Below are positions 1-9,583 of a stretch of 25,369 nucleotides of DNA, piece after piece; positions within the stretch are counted from its first letter, which is position 1; every line of letters begins with the position of its first letter. The notes beneath the pieces were generated by a model. The model made no database searches. It was not told the DNA's origin and saw only the letters and a program-made list of their open reading frames with translations. The stretch lies in the NCBI GenBank assembly GCA_026391215.1, contig JAPLDX010000033.1:1-25369 (forward strand), read 5' to 3'. This DNA is from Bacteroidia bacterium. GTDB lineage: Bacteria; Bacteroidota; Bacteroidia; Bacteroidales; VadinHA17. The translations under genes were made by a program, and so were the position numbers.

Positions 1-1
1 A

Positions 2-3000
2 GAGTTTATCGTAGGGACAGCGACAGGGAACTCTACGGTAGCGATAACGGGGGATGTAGCTGTAGATGAGACAGGGGATGCACAGATACAGCCGAGTGTG
101 GTAACGACATCAGAGATATTGGATGAGACGATATTGAATGATGATATAGATCCGGCAGCAGGGATAGAGTTTTCGAAGTTAGAGAGTCTGGCGAGTGCTA
201 ATATTATCCTGGGTAGTGCTGGAGCTGTACCAACGGCAACAGCGGTAAGCGGGGATGCAACGATAAACAACACGGGAGTGGTAACAGTAGGAAGGATCAA
301 CGGGACGCCTCTGGGAAGTACGGCAGCGACGAACAGCAATATACTGGTAGCAGACGGTACACAGTGGAACTCAGTAGATATGGAGGGAGATGCTACGATA
401 GATAATGCGGGGACGCTTACGCTGGCTATTACAGGGGTAACGGCAGCGATATACGGAGATGCCACTCATGTAGGGCAGTTCACGGTAGATGATAAGGGGA
501 GGCTAACCAATGCGATAGATGTATTGATCACAGGAGTATCGCCGGTAGGGTCATCGCTTGGTAGTGGTAACATATGGGTAGGGGATGCCGGTAATCTGGC
601 AGAAGAGGTCTCGATGAGCGGAGATGTACATATAGATAATACGGGATTAACGACGATCCAGGACAATTCGGTAGCAGTAACGAACCTTGAGGCCCTGGCG
701 GACGGGGAGTTTATAGTAGGGACAGATGGGACAGCAGCAGGGAATACGAAGGTTACCATAGGCGGAGATGTAGTAATAGACAACACGGGGGATGCACAGA
801 TACAGGCGGGAGTAGTAACGGCTACGGAGATAGCGACGGATGCAGTAGGGGGTGATGAGATAGTATCAGGAGCAGTAACGACATCTGAGATAGCCGATGG
901 TTCTATTATGAACATAGATGTGAATGCAGCAGCAGCGATAGAAGGGACGAAGATCAGTCCTGATTTTGGTAATCAGACAGTAACGATAGGGACGGGAACA
1001 GGAGCAACAGCAGGGACGATAGTATTGCATGATGCAGCAGCCGGGAGCAGTTTTACAACGACGATACAGTCGAATGCAACAGTACTGGCAAACTTCACAT
1101 TGACGTTGCCGGCAGATGATGGGACAGCAAACCAGTTGTTACAGACAAATGGCAGCGGAGCATTGAGCTGGATATCACCGTCGGCACTTGATCCGGACAT
1201 GTCGTTAGCAGACCTGAACAATGTAGGGAGCGATTTAGCGACAAGCGGACGTATGCTTATAGCAGACGGGGACAGCTGGGAGAGCCAGGCAATCAGCGGG
1301 GATGTATTAATAGACGCAACAGGGGTAACGGCGATCCAGGACGGGAGTGTATCAGTAACGAACCTTGAGGCCCTGGCAGACGGGGAGTTTATAGTAGGGA
1401 CAGATGGGACAGCAGCAGGGAATACGAAGGTTACCATAGGCGGAGATGTAGTAGTAAGCAACACCGGGGATGCACAGATACAGGCGGGAGTAGTGACAGC
1501 TACGGAGATAGCGACGGATGCAGTAACGAGTGCAGAGATACTTTCAGGAGCAGTTGCAAGTGATGAGATATCAGACGGAACGATCATGAATGTAGATGTA
1601 AATGCAGCAGCAGCTATAGCAGGGACGAAGATCAATCCGAATTTTGGTGATCAAACGGTAACTATAGGAACAGGGACAGGAGCGACAGCTGGTAAAATAG
1701 TATTAAATGATGCTACCGGAGGTACAACTAATACAGCCAACATACAGGCACCTACGAATGTAACCACAACATATGCACTCACTTTACCTTCAGATGCAGG
1801 ATCAGTTAATCAGGTTCTTACAAACACAGGTTCGGGTAATTTGAGTTGGACGACACCGACAACCGGAACAGTAACCAGTTTTTCGGCAGGAGATTTATCG
1901 CCATTATTTACTACTATTGAAACTAATCCGACAACCACACCGGCACTGTCTTTCACTCTTTCAAATGCAGGAGCCTATACTGTTTTTGGAAATAATACAG
2001 CTGCCTCTGCGACTCCTGCATATTTTACCCCCGTTCTTGCTTCTGCTTTGTTCCAGAACCAGGGAGCAACAACTAGTGTTCTACATGGTAATGCAACCGG
2101 TAATCCTTCATGGGGTCAGATTGTCAATAATGATATTACCAATGGAACCATTGATCTGACTGCAAAAGTAGCAGGTATTCTACCTTCTGCAAACGGTGGA
2201 ACGGGGAATGGCTTTACGAAATTCACAGGTCCAACTACTTCTGAAAAGACATTTACGTTACCCGATGCATCTGGGACCATTGCTTTGACAAACACCGCAT
2301 GGATGATCGGAGGTAATGCTCCTGGTGGTACTAGAATACTAGGTACTACTGATAATAGCGGAATCAATATACAATCAGGAACAGGTACGATAAACCTCGG
2401 AGCTGATGCTTTTGCCAAAACAATAAATATTGGTAATGCAACAGGAACAACTGCTGTAAATATAAACACAGGAACAGGTGCTTCTACTTTTGTAACAACC
2501 GGCACGGGTACATTAGTTATTGGAGGAGCTGCTTCAACTGGTGCTTTGACTTTTGGTTCCTCTTCCAATGCCCAGACAGTAAATATCGGAACTGGTAATG
2601 TTACTGGCACCGGTATTGTAAACGTTGGTACCGGTACTGCAACAGGTTCAAAGACAGTAAATATAGCAACAGACGCAATTTCCACTGTATCAATTAGTAG
2701 TGGTGCTTTTGCTTCAACAGTTAATATTGGGAATAATTCTACTGGCGCAGATGCAATCGCGATAGGATCAGCTAACGCTTCATCAACTTTGAATTTGGAA
2801 GGAGGAACAGCAACAAATGCAATTCAAATTGGCAATGGAGCAACAGCTCATGGGATACAAATAGGTTCAGGTGCTGCAGTAAATACTTTGGTATTGGGTT
2901 CTACAAATACAACAAGTACTACCACAATTAATTCCGGTACAGGTGGTCTTAATTTAAGTACCGGTGCTGCAACGCCTGCAACCACGACTCTTGGTACAAC

Positions 3001-4093
3001 AGGGTCACAGGTTTTTGCATCTTCTACTCCAAGCTCAGACATGATAGCTATTAAGCCACAATCAACTACTGCTACCGGCGCATTTACCGGAACCATTACT
3101 ACCAATAATCTTACAGCAGCAAGGACGTATACTTTCCCTGATGTAACAGGAACGGTAGCTTTAACTAATACAGCCTGGGCGATCACCGGCAATGCAGGTA
3201 CCAATCCGGCTTCAAACTTTGTTGGAACTACCGATGATAATGATCTGGTATTTAAAGCAAATAGTACCGAAAGAGCCCGGATTGTATCCAGTACAGGAGA
3301 TATTAAAATCGGAGATGCTAATACAGGAACACTTAGAGCAACAAAAGAGCTTGTGTTAAGGCAGGATGGAGATATTTATGGTACTTCTCTTCTAAGGCTC
3401 AGAAGCAGAACTGGGGAGAATGGAGCTATTTTTGAAACCACACACGCAACAGCTTGGGTAACCGATTTCATTTTTAAAACTGCTGTCAATCAAAGGAATT
3501 TCAGATACGAGGCACGTGTGGCATATGCCAGAGCCGAAGATCCTTCTTTCCATATAGGCGGTAGCAGCCCGGACAGTCCTACTTTGTCAATTGGAGATAA
3601 TTATTCTGTATTTAGAGGCGCACTCAGGGTTGGGGATAATAGTACATATCCTACTCTTCCTCTTACTCCTACTGCCTGGCTTCATCTATCCGCAGGAACT
3701 GCAGCAGCCAGTACGGCTCCACTTAAATTTACTACTGGCGCTTTTTTGACAACACCTGAGGCCGGAGCTGTAGAGTATAATGGAACCAACTTTTTTGTCA
3801 CGAATGGCACTGCCAACCGATATACGCTTGCCAAAACTTTAACCGCAACATTGACCTATGATCTCCTGCCGACTGCGTCTATGACTAGTCAGGATTTCCC
3901 CATAACAGTCACTGGAGCAGCTATTGGTGATGTTGTAGCATTAGGAATTCCAAATACTTCAAATGATCCTAATTCAAGTTACTCAGCATGGGTTAGCGCT
4001 GCAAATACTGTCATAGTACGATTTAATAATTATAGTGCCGCCGCAATTGATCCTGCTGATGGGACGTACCGGGTTAGCGTTTTAAAATATTAA
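2..4093 (+). CDS. Large repetitive T/G/A-rich fibre-like (phage tail-fibre-like) surface protein, 5'-truncated by the window edge
   Basis: The frame is open from nt 2 (EFIVGTATGNSTVAITGDVAVDETGDAQIQPS) into the tracked ORF at 98, so the true start lies upstream. Recurrent motifs: ISGDVxIDNTG, LTLPxDxGxxNQxLxxxGSGxLSW (x2), TxPDxxGTxALTNTAW (x2) and WAITGNAGTNPASNFVGTTD. The C-terminal domain (ITVTGAAIGDVVALG...AWVSAANTVIVRFNN...IDPADGTYRVSVLKY) is not a T9SS CTD. Confidence 0.75.
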   Translation, partial: EFIVGTATGNSTVAITGDVAVDETGDAQIQPSVVTTSEILDETILNDDIDPAAGIEFSKLESLASANIILGSAGAVPTATAVSGDATINNTGVVTVGRINGTPLGSTAATNSNILVADGTQWNSVDMEGDATIDNAGTLTLAITGVTAAIYGDATHVGQFTVDDKGRLTNAIDVLITGVSPVGSSLGSGNIWVGDAGNLAEEVSMSGDVHIDNTGLTTIQDNSVAVTNLEALADGEFIVGTDGTAAGNTKVTIGGDVVIDNTGDAQIQAGVVTATEIATDAVGGDEIVSGAVTTSEIADGSIMNIDVNAAAAIEGTKISPDFGNQTVTIGTGTGATAGTIVLHDAAAGSSFTTTIQSNATVLANFTLTLPADDGTANQLLQTNGSGALSWISPSALDPDMSLADLNNVGSDLATSGRMLIADGDSWESQAISGDVLIDATGVTAIQDGSVSVTNLEALADGEFIVGTDGTAAGNTKVTIGGDVVVSNTGDAQIQAGVVTATEIATDAVTSAEILSGAVASDEISDGTIMNVDVNAAAAIAGTKINPNFGDQTVTIGTGTGATAGKIVLNDATGGTTNTANIQAPTNVTTTYALTLPSDAGSVNQVLTNTGSGNLSWTTPTTGTVTSFSAGDLSPLFTTIETNPTTTPALSFTLSNAGAYTVFGNNTAASATPAYFTPVLASALFQNQGATTSVLHGNATGNPSWGQIVNNDITNGTIDLTAKVAGILPSANGGTGNGFTKFTGPTTSEKTFTLPDASGTIALTNTAWMIGGNAPGGTRILGTTDNSGINIQSGTGTINLGADAFAKTINIGNATGTTAVNINTGTGASTFVTTGTGTLVIGGAASTGALTFGSSSNAQTVNIGTGNVTGTGIVNVGTGTATGSKTVNIATDAISTVSISSGAFASTVNIGNNSTGADAIAIGSANASSTLNLEGGTATNAIQIGNGATAHGIQIGSGAAVNTLVLGSTNTTSTTTINSGTGGLNLSTGAATPATTTLGTTGSQVFASSTPSSDMIAIKPQSTTATGAFTGTITTNNLTAARTYTFPDVTGTVALTNTAWAITGNAGTNPASNFVGTTDDNDLVFKANSTERARIVSSTGDIKIGDANTGTLRATKELVLRQDGDIYGTSLLRLRSRTGENGAIFETTHATAWVTDFIFKTAVNQRNFRYEARVAYARAEDPSFHIGGSSPDSPTLSIGDNYSVFRGALRVGDNSTYPTLPLTPTAWLHLSAGTAAASTAPLKFTTGAFLTTPEAGAVEYNGTNFFVTNGTANRYTLAKTLTATLTYDLLPTASMTSQDFPITVTGAAIGDVVALGIPNTSNDPNSSYSAWVSAANTVIVRFNNYSAAAIDPADGTYRVSVLKY
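675..1525 (+). repeat. Intragenic direct repeat: 675-847 and 1353-1525, 678 bp (226 codons) apart
   Basis: Manual alignment gives 7 mismatches in 173 bp. Weaker similarity continues to about 1030 and 1710. A more diverged copy starts at nt 2. Confidence 0.9.
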
Positions 4094-4124
4094 TTCAAGA
4101 TAAAAGTAAAAAGTACAAAGTAAA

Positions 4125-4838
4125 ATGAAACACAACAAGATTATAATCTTAACATTCACGGCATTGTTGCTGACTATCAGCATGAATGCCCAGCAGCCAG
4201 CTCAAAAACCCGCTGCCACATCAACCCCTGCCCAGGAGCAGATTAAGCTCGCCTCCTCAGCCGACTCCTCCCAGTATATCCTTGGGGCATACCTGGGACA
4301 ATACCTTATTGCAAACGGACTGGCAATAACAAATGCCAACCTGTTCATAAAAGGTATGGATGATGTGCTGGCAAATAAACCACTACTGGTAACCGCCGAC
4401 AGCATACCAAAGAAGATGAACGAATACCTCGTCAAAATGACCAGGGAACGTAACCAGCTTCTTGAAACACAGCTGTTCGAAAAAGTCAAGAGTCAACCAG
4501 GCGTAGGAACACTTCCGAACGGTGTTTGCTATATAATCGCCAAACCCGGCACAGGACAACGTCCTCAGGCAGGCGATTCCGTGCAGATCCATATTAAAGG
4601 ATATCTGCCTACAGGTACTCTGTTTGAAGATACCTATGCGAGGAACAAACCTCTGAGAACAACCCCGGCAACACTTATCCCGGGAATGAAGGAGCCTCTG
4701 CAGATAATGCCCGCCGGCTCAGTGTGGAGGATCTTCATACCATCATCACTGGCCTACGGAGAAAAGGGTGTTCAGAATATTATACCGCCATACTCAGCGG
4801 TGGTGTTTGATGTAGAGCTATTAAGCGTATATAAATAA
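4125..4838 (+). CDS. FKBP-type peptidyl-prolyl cis-trans isomerase family protein (FKBP_N + FKBP_C), secreted
   Basis: Signal peptide ending MNA-QQ. N-domain SQYILGAYLG...FIKGMDDVL; C-domain PGTGQRP...DSVQIHIKG...IPSSLAYGEKG...IPPYSAVVFDVELL. Confidence 0.9.
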   Translation: MKHNKIIILTFTALLLTISMNAQQPAQKPAATSTPAQEQIKLASSADSSQYILGAYLGQYLIANGLAITNANLFIKGMDDVLANKPLLVTADSIPKKMNEYLVKMTRERNQLLETQLFEKVKSQPGVGTLPNGVCYIIAKPGTGQRPQAGDSVQIHIKGYLPTGTLFEDTYARNKPLRTTPATLIPGMKEPLQIMPAGSVWRIFIPSSLAYGEKGVQNIIPPYSAVVFDVELLSVYK

Positions 4839-4871
4839 TTCAAAATTCAAAATTCAAAATTCAAAATTAAA
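4837..4871. repeat. Heptamer tandem repeat (AATTCAA)x4 + AATTAAA
   Basis: Read directly; it begins within the TAA stop codon of the FKBP gene. Confidence 0.95.
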
Positions 4872-4881
4872 AGAAGTGAGA

Positions 4882-5010
4882 GACTGCACGACTGCACGAC
4901 TGCATGACTGCACGACTGCAAGACCTGCAAGACTGCAAGACCTGCAAGACTGCAAGACCTGCAAGACTGCAAGACCTGCACGACTGCAAGACCTGCAAGA
5001 CCTGCAAGAC
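4882..5010. repeat. Tandem array of 15 units of GACTGCA(C/T/A) (8 bp) and GACCTGCA(A/C) (9 bp)
   Basis: Read directly: five 8-mers, then alternating 9/8-mers, ending in two 9-mers plus GAC. Confidence 0.95.
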
Positions 5011-5046
5011 AAAAACCAATAGTTGAAAAGTAAAGCAGAACATATA

Positions 5047-8000
5047 ATGCATCTTAATCGCAGGAAGACCGGTAGCCCTGTAATGGTCTTCCTGTCTCTG
5101 GCATTTTTATTTCTGCTTAATTGCGAGTCTTACTCCCAGGTCATCAACAACTACGGCGCTGCAATCTCACTGACAAACAATGTCTTTATGTCGTCCCGGC
5201 ATTTCTATAACATCGCCGGTGGAGACATATTCAACAATGGAACAATAAACCTCTCAGGAGACTATTCAAGCACTTCAACAACCGGCGGTAACGGCACTTT
5301 CACACTTATGGGAAACTGGACCCATAGTGCCGGACTTTTTACACCCGGAGCAAGCACTGTTCTCTTTAACGGCGCCGATAATCAGCTGATAACCCATCCG
5401 GGTGAAACGTTCTTTAACCTTTCAGTAAGTAACACCGGGGCAGCTGCGGCTAAAAAAGTGACAATAGCTAACAATATTACTGTTCAGGGCACATTGTCAA
5501 TGTCCCTTGGAAATATTGAAGCCGGTACTTTTATTCTATATCTGTCTAATCCGCTTGCAAATTCGCTTAACTATACATCTACAACCGGAAGCAGGATTTT
5601 CGGAAAATTTGAAAGACAGGTAGGCGAAACAGGTAATTACCTTTTCCCGCTGGGTGCATCTTATTATAATCCTGCAAATCTAAGAACCAATACTGCTCCT
5701 TCGGCCGGGACAATCCTCTCGGAATTTTTTAATATCGCTCCAACCGGAGGTGTCTTCCCGATAAAGGATCCGCCAGTTGAAATATCAAGGCCATTCACTT
5801 ACGGATATTGGAACCTGACAGCCAGAAGCGGATTCGCTTCCGGGAATTTCAATGTTAACCTCCGGGCATCAGGATTCATTGATTCAATTCATGATGATAC
5901 CCGCGTGATAAAGAGGATCACCGGGGGTAATTGGGAAGTGGATGGTACACACGTCAATGCTGATACCGTAAACAGTATTGTCTACAGGAATAACCTGACA
6001 GACGGTATTTCCGGACTTGGAACCCAGTTTGCCCTTGGTCGTGCAAGACCTCTGATCATTAAACATCCTCGTGATACTACTGTGTGCGAAGACGCTTTTC
6101 CTTTCTTTAAAGTCATTGCGACAGGAACACCGGCTTTAAAATACAAATGGTATAAAGTATCCACTCCAGCAGATATTGAAATCACAAATGGTGCTCATTA
6201 CGCAGGTGCCAGGACAGACTCTCTTACAATCAGAGGCGCCGTCCTTGCAGATACCGGCTATTACTACGCTATCGTGACTGACCGGCATAAGAATTTTACC
6301 AGGACAGATTCAGCACACCTGACAGTCCAGAAGATACCTCGTGCCGCAATAGTATTGAATGTTGACCAGAATCATGAATGTTCCAATATTAATTTCGATC
6401 CTATCACTCCGGGACTGACCTACTGGGATAATGTCACAACTTACCTCTGGACACGGAACAATCCTTCCGGAATTACTTCCTCTATGCCAATGAGCGGAAG
6501 CAATCTGAATTTCGGTGATGTAATAACCGGATCATTTACGAATCTCACGGATGCCCCGATAAAAGTCACTTTCCTCATAACACCTGTCGGACCAACTCCC
6601 AGATATTGCGTCGGAAATCCTGTTCCTGCAACTGTAACTGTCAACCCGACACCTCGCGTCATACCAATAAATGTTAAACCGGCAATATGTAACAACGGAT
6701 CAACAGAGATCACGCTGACCACGCCAACCTCAATGACCAAGGGTGCAATATTATTTGACTATACTGTCAGTCTTACAGGAGGTGGTACCCTCACAGGTGA
6801 AACAACAGCAAGGACGAATCTGAATCCGGGATATAAGATTGTTCTGCCATACGTGAACTCATCGGATACAATACAATCTGTGTACTATACAGTTACACCA
6901 AAAGCCAGCGACGGCACCCTGGGTTGTGTATACGACAGCATAAGGATACCTCAGGTAAGAGTACATCCAAGACCGCTTCAGGATTTCTATATTTCAACGC
7001 CATTCCTTTGCGAGGGCGCATCTGATGGGGCTCTTACTGCTGAATTGTCAAAAGGATCCAAGCCCGATATTATCAAGTGGGAGAGACCATGGCTTGGAGA
7101 AACCACGTACACCACAACTGCAAATACAGATATCCTGCCTGTCAGGTATGTTGGTAATTACAGAGTGACGGTTCGCGATGAACTAGGATGTTCCAGCGTA
7201 AGCAGTTATATACTGGTTTCCGGAGCTATTCTCGATTCTTATATGTACGTGAAAGAGAAAACAAATACTTTTGGAACAACCTGTCCGGAATCCAGCGATG
7301 GCGAATTGTGGATCAAGGAAACCAGCGGATCAACAGGTATTGCTCCGTTTGTGTACTCACTGATTTACAATGGAACAGATACAATAGTTGAATCAGATAC
7401 TCTCCTTACCAAAGAATCATTTAATTATTACTATAACCTTAGATCGGGATATTACAGGTTATACCTTCAGGATGCGAATGGATGCTATAATGTCAGCTAT
7501 CCTGGTGTTGAAATAATTCCGCCTCAGGTTATCACTGTAGAATTTGAGAAATATGAATATCCGGGAACCGGGAATTATAATATATCATGCCTTGCTTATA
7601 GCGACGGTTCTGTAAGGATAGATTCTATTTCCGGAGGAAGCGGTGGTTATAAATACAAGTGGACAACCATAAGCGGAACTATTACCGGAGCAGATACTTT
7701 AGATCACCTTGATAATATTACTGCAGGTAAATATTATCTTACAACTACAGATCTGATGGGTTGTGTAAAGGTTGACAGCGTTACTCTGACAGAACCTGTC
7801 GGAATGATCTTATCCGATACTCTGATCTCGAATAGTGCGGATGGCAATTATAATATATCATGCAATGGAGGCAATGACGGCTTCATTAACCTGACCATCA
7901 CCGGCGGATCTGGAAATTATCTTTATTCCTGGACCGGGCCGGGCGGTTATACGGCAACAACAGAGGATATTTCAGGACTGAAAGCCGGAACTTATACCTG

Positions 8001-9561
8001 CATCGTCACAGATGTCAATGGCTGTATACTTACCCCGAATCTGTCGTTTGACCTGACTGAACCTGCGGCGCTGAATATAACTTCTGTCCCATCGCTGGCA
8101 CCAGATGGATCTAATAATATTAATTGTTACGGCGGGACCGGATCAGTTGATATTACAATAACTGGCGGCAGTGCAGGCAATCCATATAAATATACCTGGA
8201 GCACAACTAATGGATCAGGACTGGTTGATGGATCGGATGATCAGACAGCGCTTTCCGCAGGAACCTACCATCTTGTTGTCACTGATCTGAATAATTGTGT
8301 CGCAACAACAGATATAACCCTTGCACAGCCGACAGCTCTTGGAATTACTCTTGTCCCGACACATATTACCTGTGTTACACCAGGTTTTGCTAACGGATCC
8401 ATTGATGCAACAGTAACAGGAGGAGTATTACCGTATAACTATACTTGGTCAAACGGAGCTTCCGGTGAAGATATTTCAGGACTGACCAGTGGGTATTACA
8501 ATGTCATGGTCACCGATGTCAACGGATGCCAGATACCCGATACGGCATTGATCAATATGCCGCCGGATGTATTATTTAACAAGGTTCTGTCTGACTTTGA
8601 CGGCTATAATGCAAGCTGTTACGGATCGTCAGATGCAACAATAAATATCAACATGACAAGCGGATTGGCTCCATTCTCATTCAGCTGGGCAGGTCCTGGC
8701 GGATATTCTTCTACGGATCAATATATTACCGGACTTGCAGCAGGGCCATATACATTGCTGATCACTGATGCCAATGCATGTACGGCAACAGAAGTAATAA
8801 CTGTTACACGACCCGGAAGGCTCAGTATGAATATTACATTATCAGAACAGGGAGGTTATAATATTAATTGTGCAGGCGACAGTACTGGCACCATCGGGAT
8901 CGTACCGGTTAATAATGTTGGGAATGTACGATATCTGTGGTCTGACGGATTAACTTCAACATCGAGATCTGGTCTTCCTGCAGGAGACTACGGCATGATC
9001 ATCACCGATTCAAATGGCTGTCTTGCTGATACAACGATTACGCTTACCCAGCCTGATACTATAAAAATAACACACGAAACAACACTGCCATTGTGTCCTG
9101 ATAAGCCGGATGGAGAAATAAGACTGACCGTTACCGGTGGTGTGGTTGGCACGGATTATACTTACAGATGGTCCGATAATTCAACAACAGCGACTATCAG
9201 CGATCTTTACAGTGGTTTGTACTCAGTGACTGTATCCGACATGAATGGATGCCTGGTTACAGATACTATTAACCTTGAGCCGGTTAAGGAAGCTTGTCTT
9301 GAGATACCAAATGCCATATCACCAAACGGTGACCTGATAAATGATTACTGGAACATAGGACAGATAGACATATATCCTGAGGCAGAAATAAAAGTCTTTA
9401 ACAGGTGGGGTGAAATCATCTGGAGATCAGAGAAAGGATATCCTCAGCCATGGGACGGAAGAACCAATGGAAGGCTGCTGCCTGTAGACTCATATCATTA
9501 TGTAATTGACCTGCATAACGGATCAAAACCGATTGTTGGGAACATAACTATTGTAAGGTAA
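5047..9561 (+). CDS. T9SS type-B CTD (gliding motility-associated C-terminal domain, CHU_C) protein with Ig-like, PKD-like and SprB repeats
   Basis: C-terminus IPNAISPNGDLINDYWNI...KVFNRWGEIIW...WDG...YHYVI...GNITIVR. Multiple SprB-type repeats (ISCNGGNDGFINLTITGGSGNYLYSWTG...GLKAGTYTCIVTDVNGC). Signal peptide ending SYS-Q. Start uncertain (TTG 5023, ATG 5047 or ATG 5083). Confidence 0.92.
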   Translation: MHLNRRKTGSPVMVFLSLAFLFLLNCESYSQVINNYGAAISLTNNVFMSSRHFYNIAGGDIFNNGTINLSGDYSSTSTTGGNGTFTLMGNWTHSAGLFTPGASTVLFNGADNQLITHPGETFFNLSVSNTGAAAAKKVTIANNITVQGTLSMSLGNIEAGTFILYLSNPLANSLNYTSTTGSRIFGKFERQVGETGNYLFPLGASYYNPANLRTNTAPSAGTILSEFFNIAPTGGVFPIKDPPVEISRPFTYGYWNLTARSGFASGNFNVNLRASGFIDSIHDDTRVIKRITGGNWEVDGTHVNADTVNSIVYRNNLTDGISGLGTQFALGRARPLIIKHPRDTTVCEDAFPFFKVIATGTPALKYKWYKVSTPADIEITNGAHYAGARTDSLTIRGAVLADTGYYYAIVTDRHKNFTRTDSAHLTVQKIPRAAIVLNVDQNHECSNINFDPITPGLTYWDNVTTYLWTRNNPSGITSSMPMSGSNLNFGDVITGSFTNLTDAPIKVTFLITPVGPTPRYCVGNPVPATVTVNPTPRVIPINVKPAICNNGSTEITLTTPTSMTKGAILFDYTVSLTGGGTLTGETTARTNLNPGYKIVLPYVNSSDTIQSVYYTVTPKASDGTLGCVYDSIRIPQVRVHPRPLQDFYISTPFLCEGASDGALTAELSKGSKPDIIKWERPWLGETTYTTTANTDILPVRYVGNYRVTVRDELGCSSVSSYILVSGAILDSYMYVKEKTNTFGTTCPESSDGELWIKETSGSTGIAPFVYSLIYNGTDTIVESDTLLTKESFNYYYNLRSGYYRLYLQDANGCYNVSYPGVEIIPPQVITVEFEKYEYPGTGNYNISCLAYSDGSVRIDSISGGSGGYKYKWTTISGTITGADTLDHLDNITAGKYYLTTTDLMGCVKVDSVTLTEPVGMILSDTLISNSADGNYNISCNGGNDGFINLTITGGSGNYLYSWTGPGGYTATTEDISGLKAGTYTCIVTDVNGCILTPNLSFDLTEPAALNITSVPSLAPDGSNNINCYGGTGSVDITITGGSAGNPYKYTWSTTNGSGLVDGSDDQTALSAGTYHLVVTDLNNCVATTDITLAQPTALGITLVPTHITCVTPGFANGSIDATVTGGVLPYNYTWSNGASGEDISGLTSGYYNVMVTDVNGCQIPDTALINMPPDVLFNKVLSDFDGYNASCYGSSDATININMTSGLAPFSFSWAGPGGYSSTDQYITGLAAGPYTLLITDANACTATEVITVTRPGRLSMNITLSEQGGYNINCAGDSTGTIGIVPVNNVGNVRYLWSDGLTSTSRSGLPAGDYGMIITDSNGCLADTTITLTQPDTIKITHETTLPLCPDKPDGEIRLTVTGGVVGTDYTYRWSDNSTTATISDLYSGLYSVTVSDMNGCLVTDTINLEPVKEACLEIPNAISPNGDLINDYWNIGQIDIYPEAEIKVFNRWGEIIWRSEKGYPQPWDGRTNGRLLPVDSYHYVIDLHNGSKPIVGNITIVR

Positions 9562-9583
9562 AATGTAATAACTTTAAGTACCT

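Noticed and set aside
466-3204. Long antisense ORFs inside the fibre gene
   Set aside because: They are shadow frames of a low-complexity gene with no independent motifs. The same applies to the short ORFs nested in the other genes.
4867-5052. 61-aa minus-strand ORF (LQVLQSCRSCS...)
   Set aside because: It is simply the translation of the tandem array.
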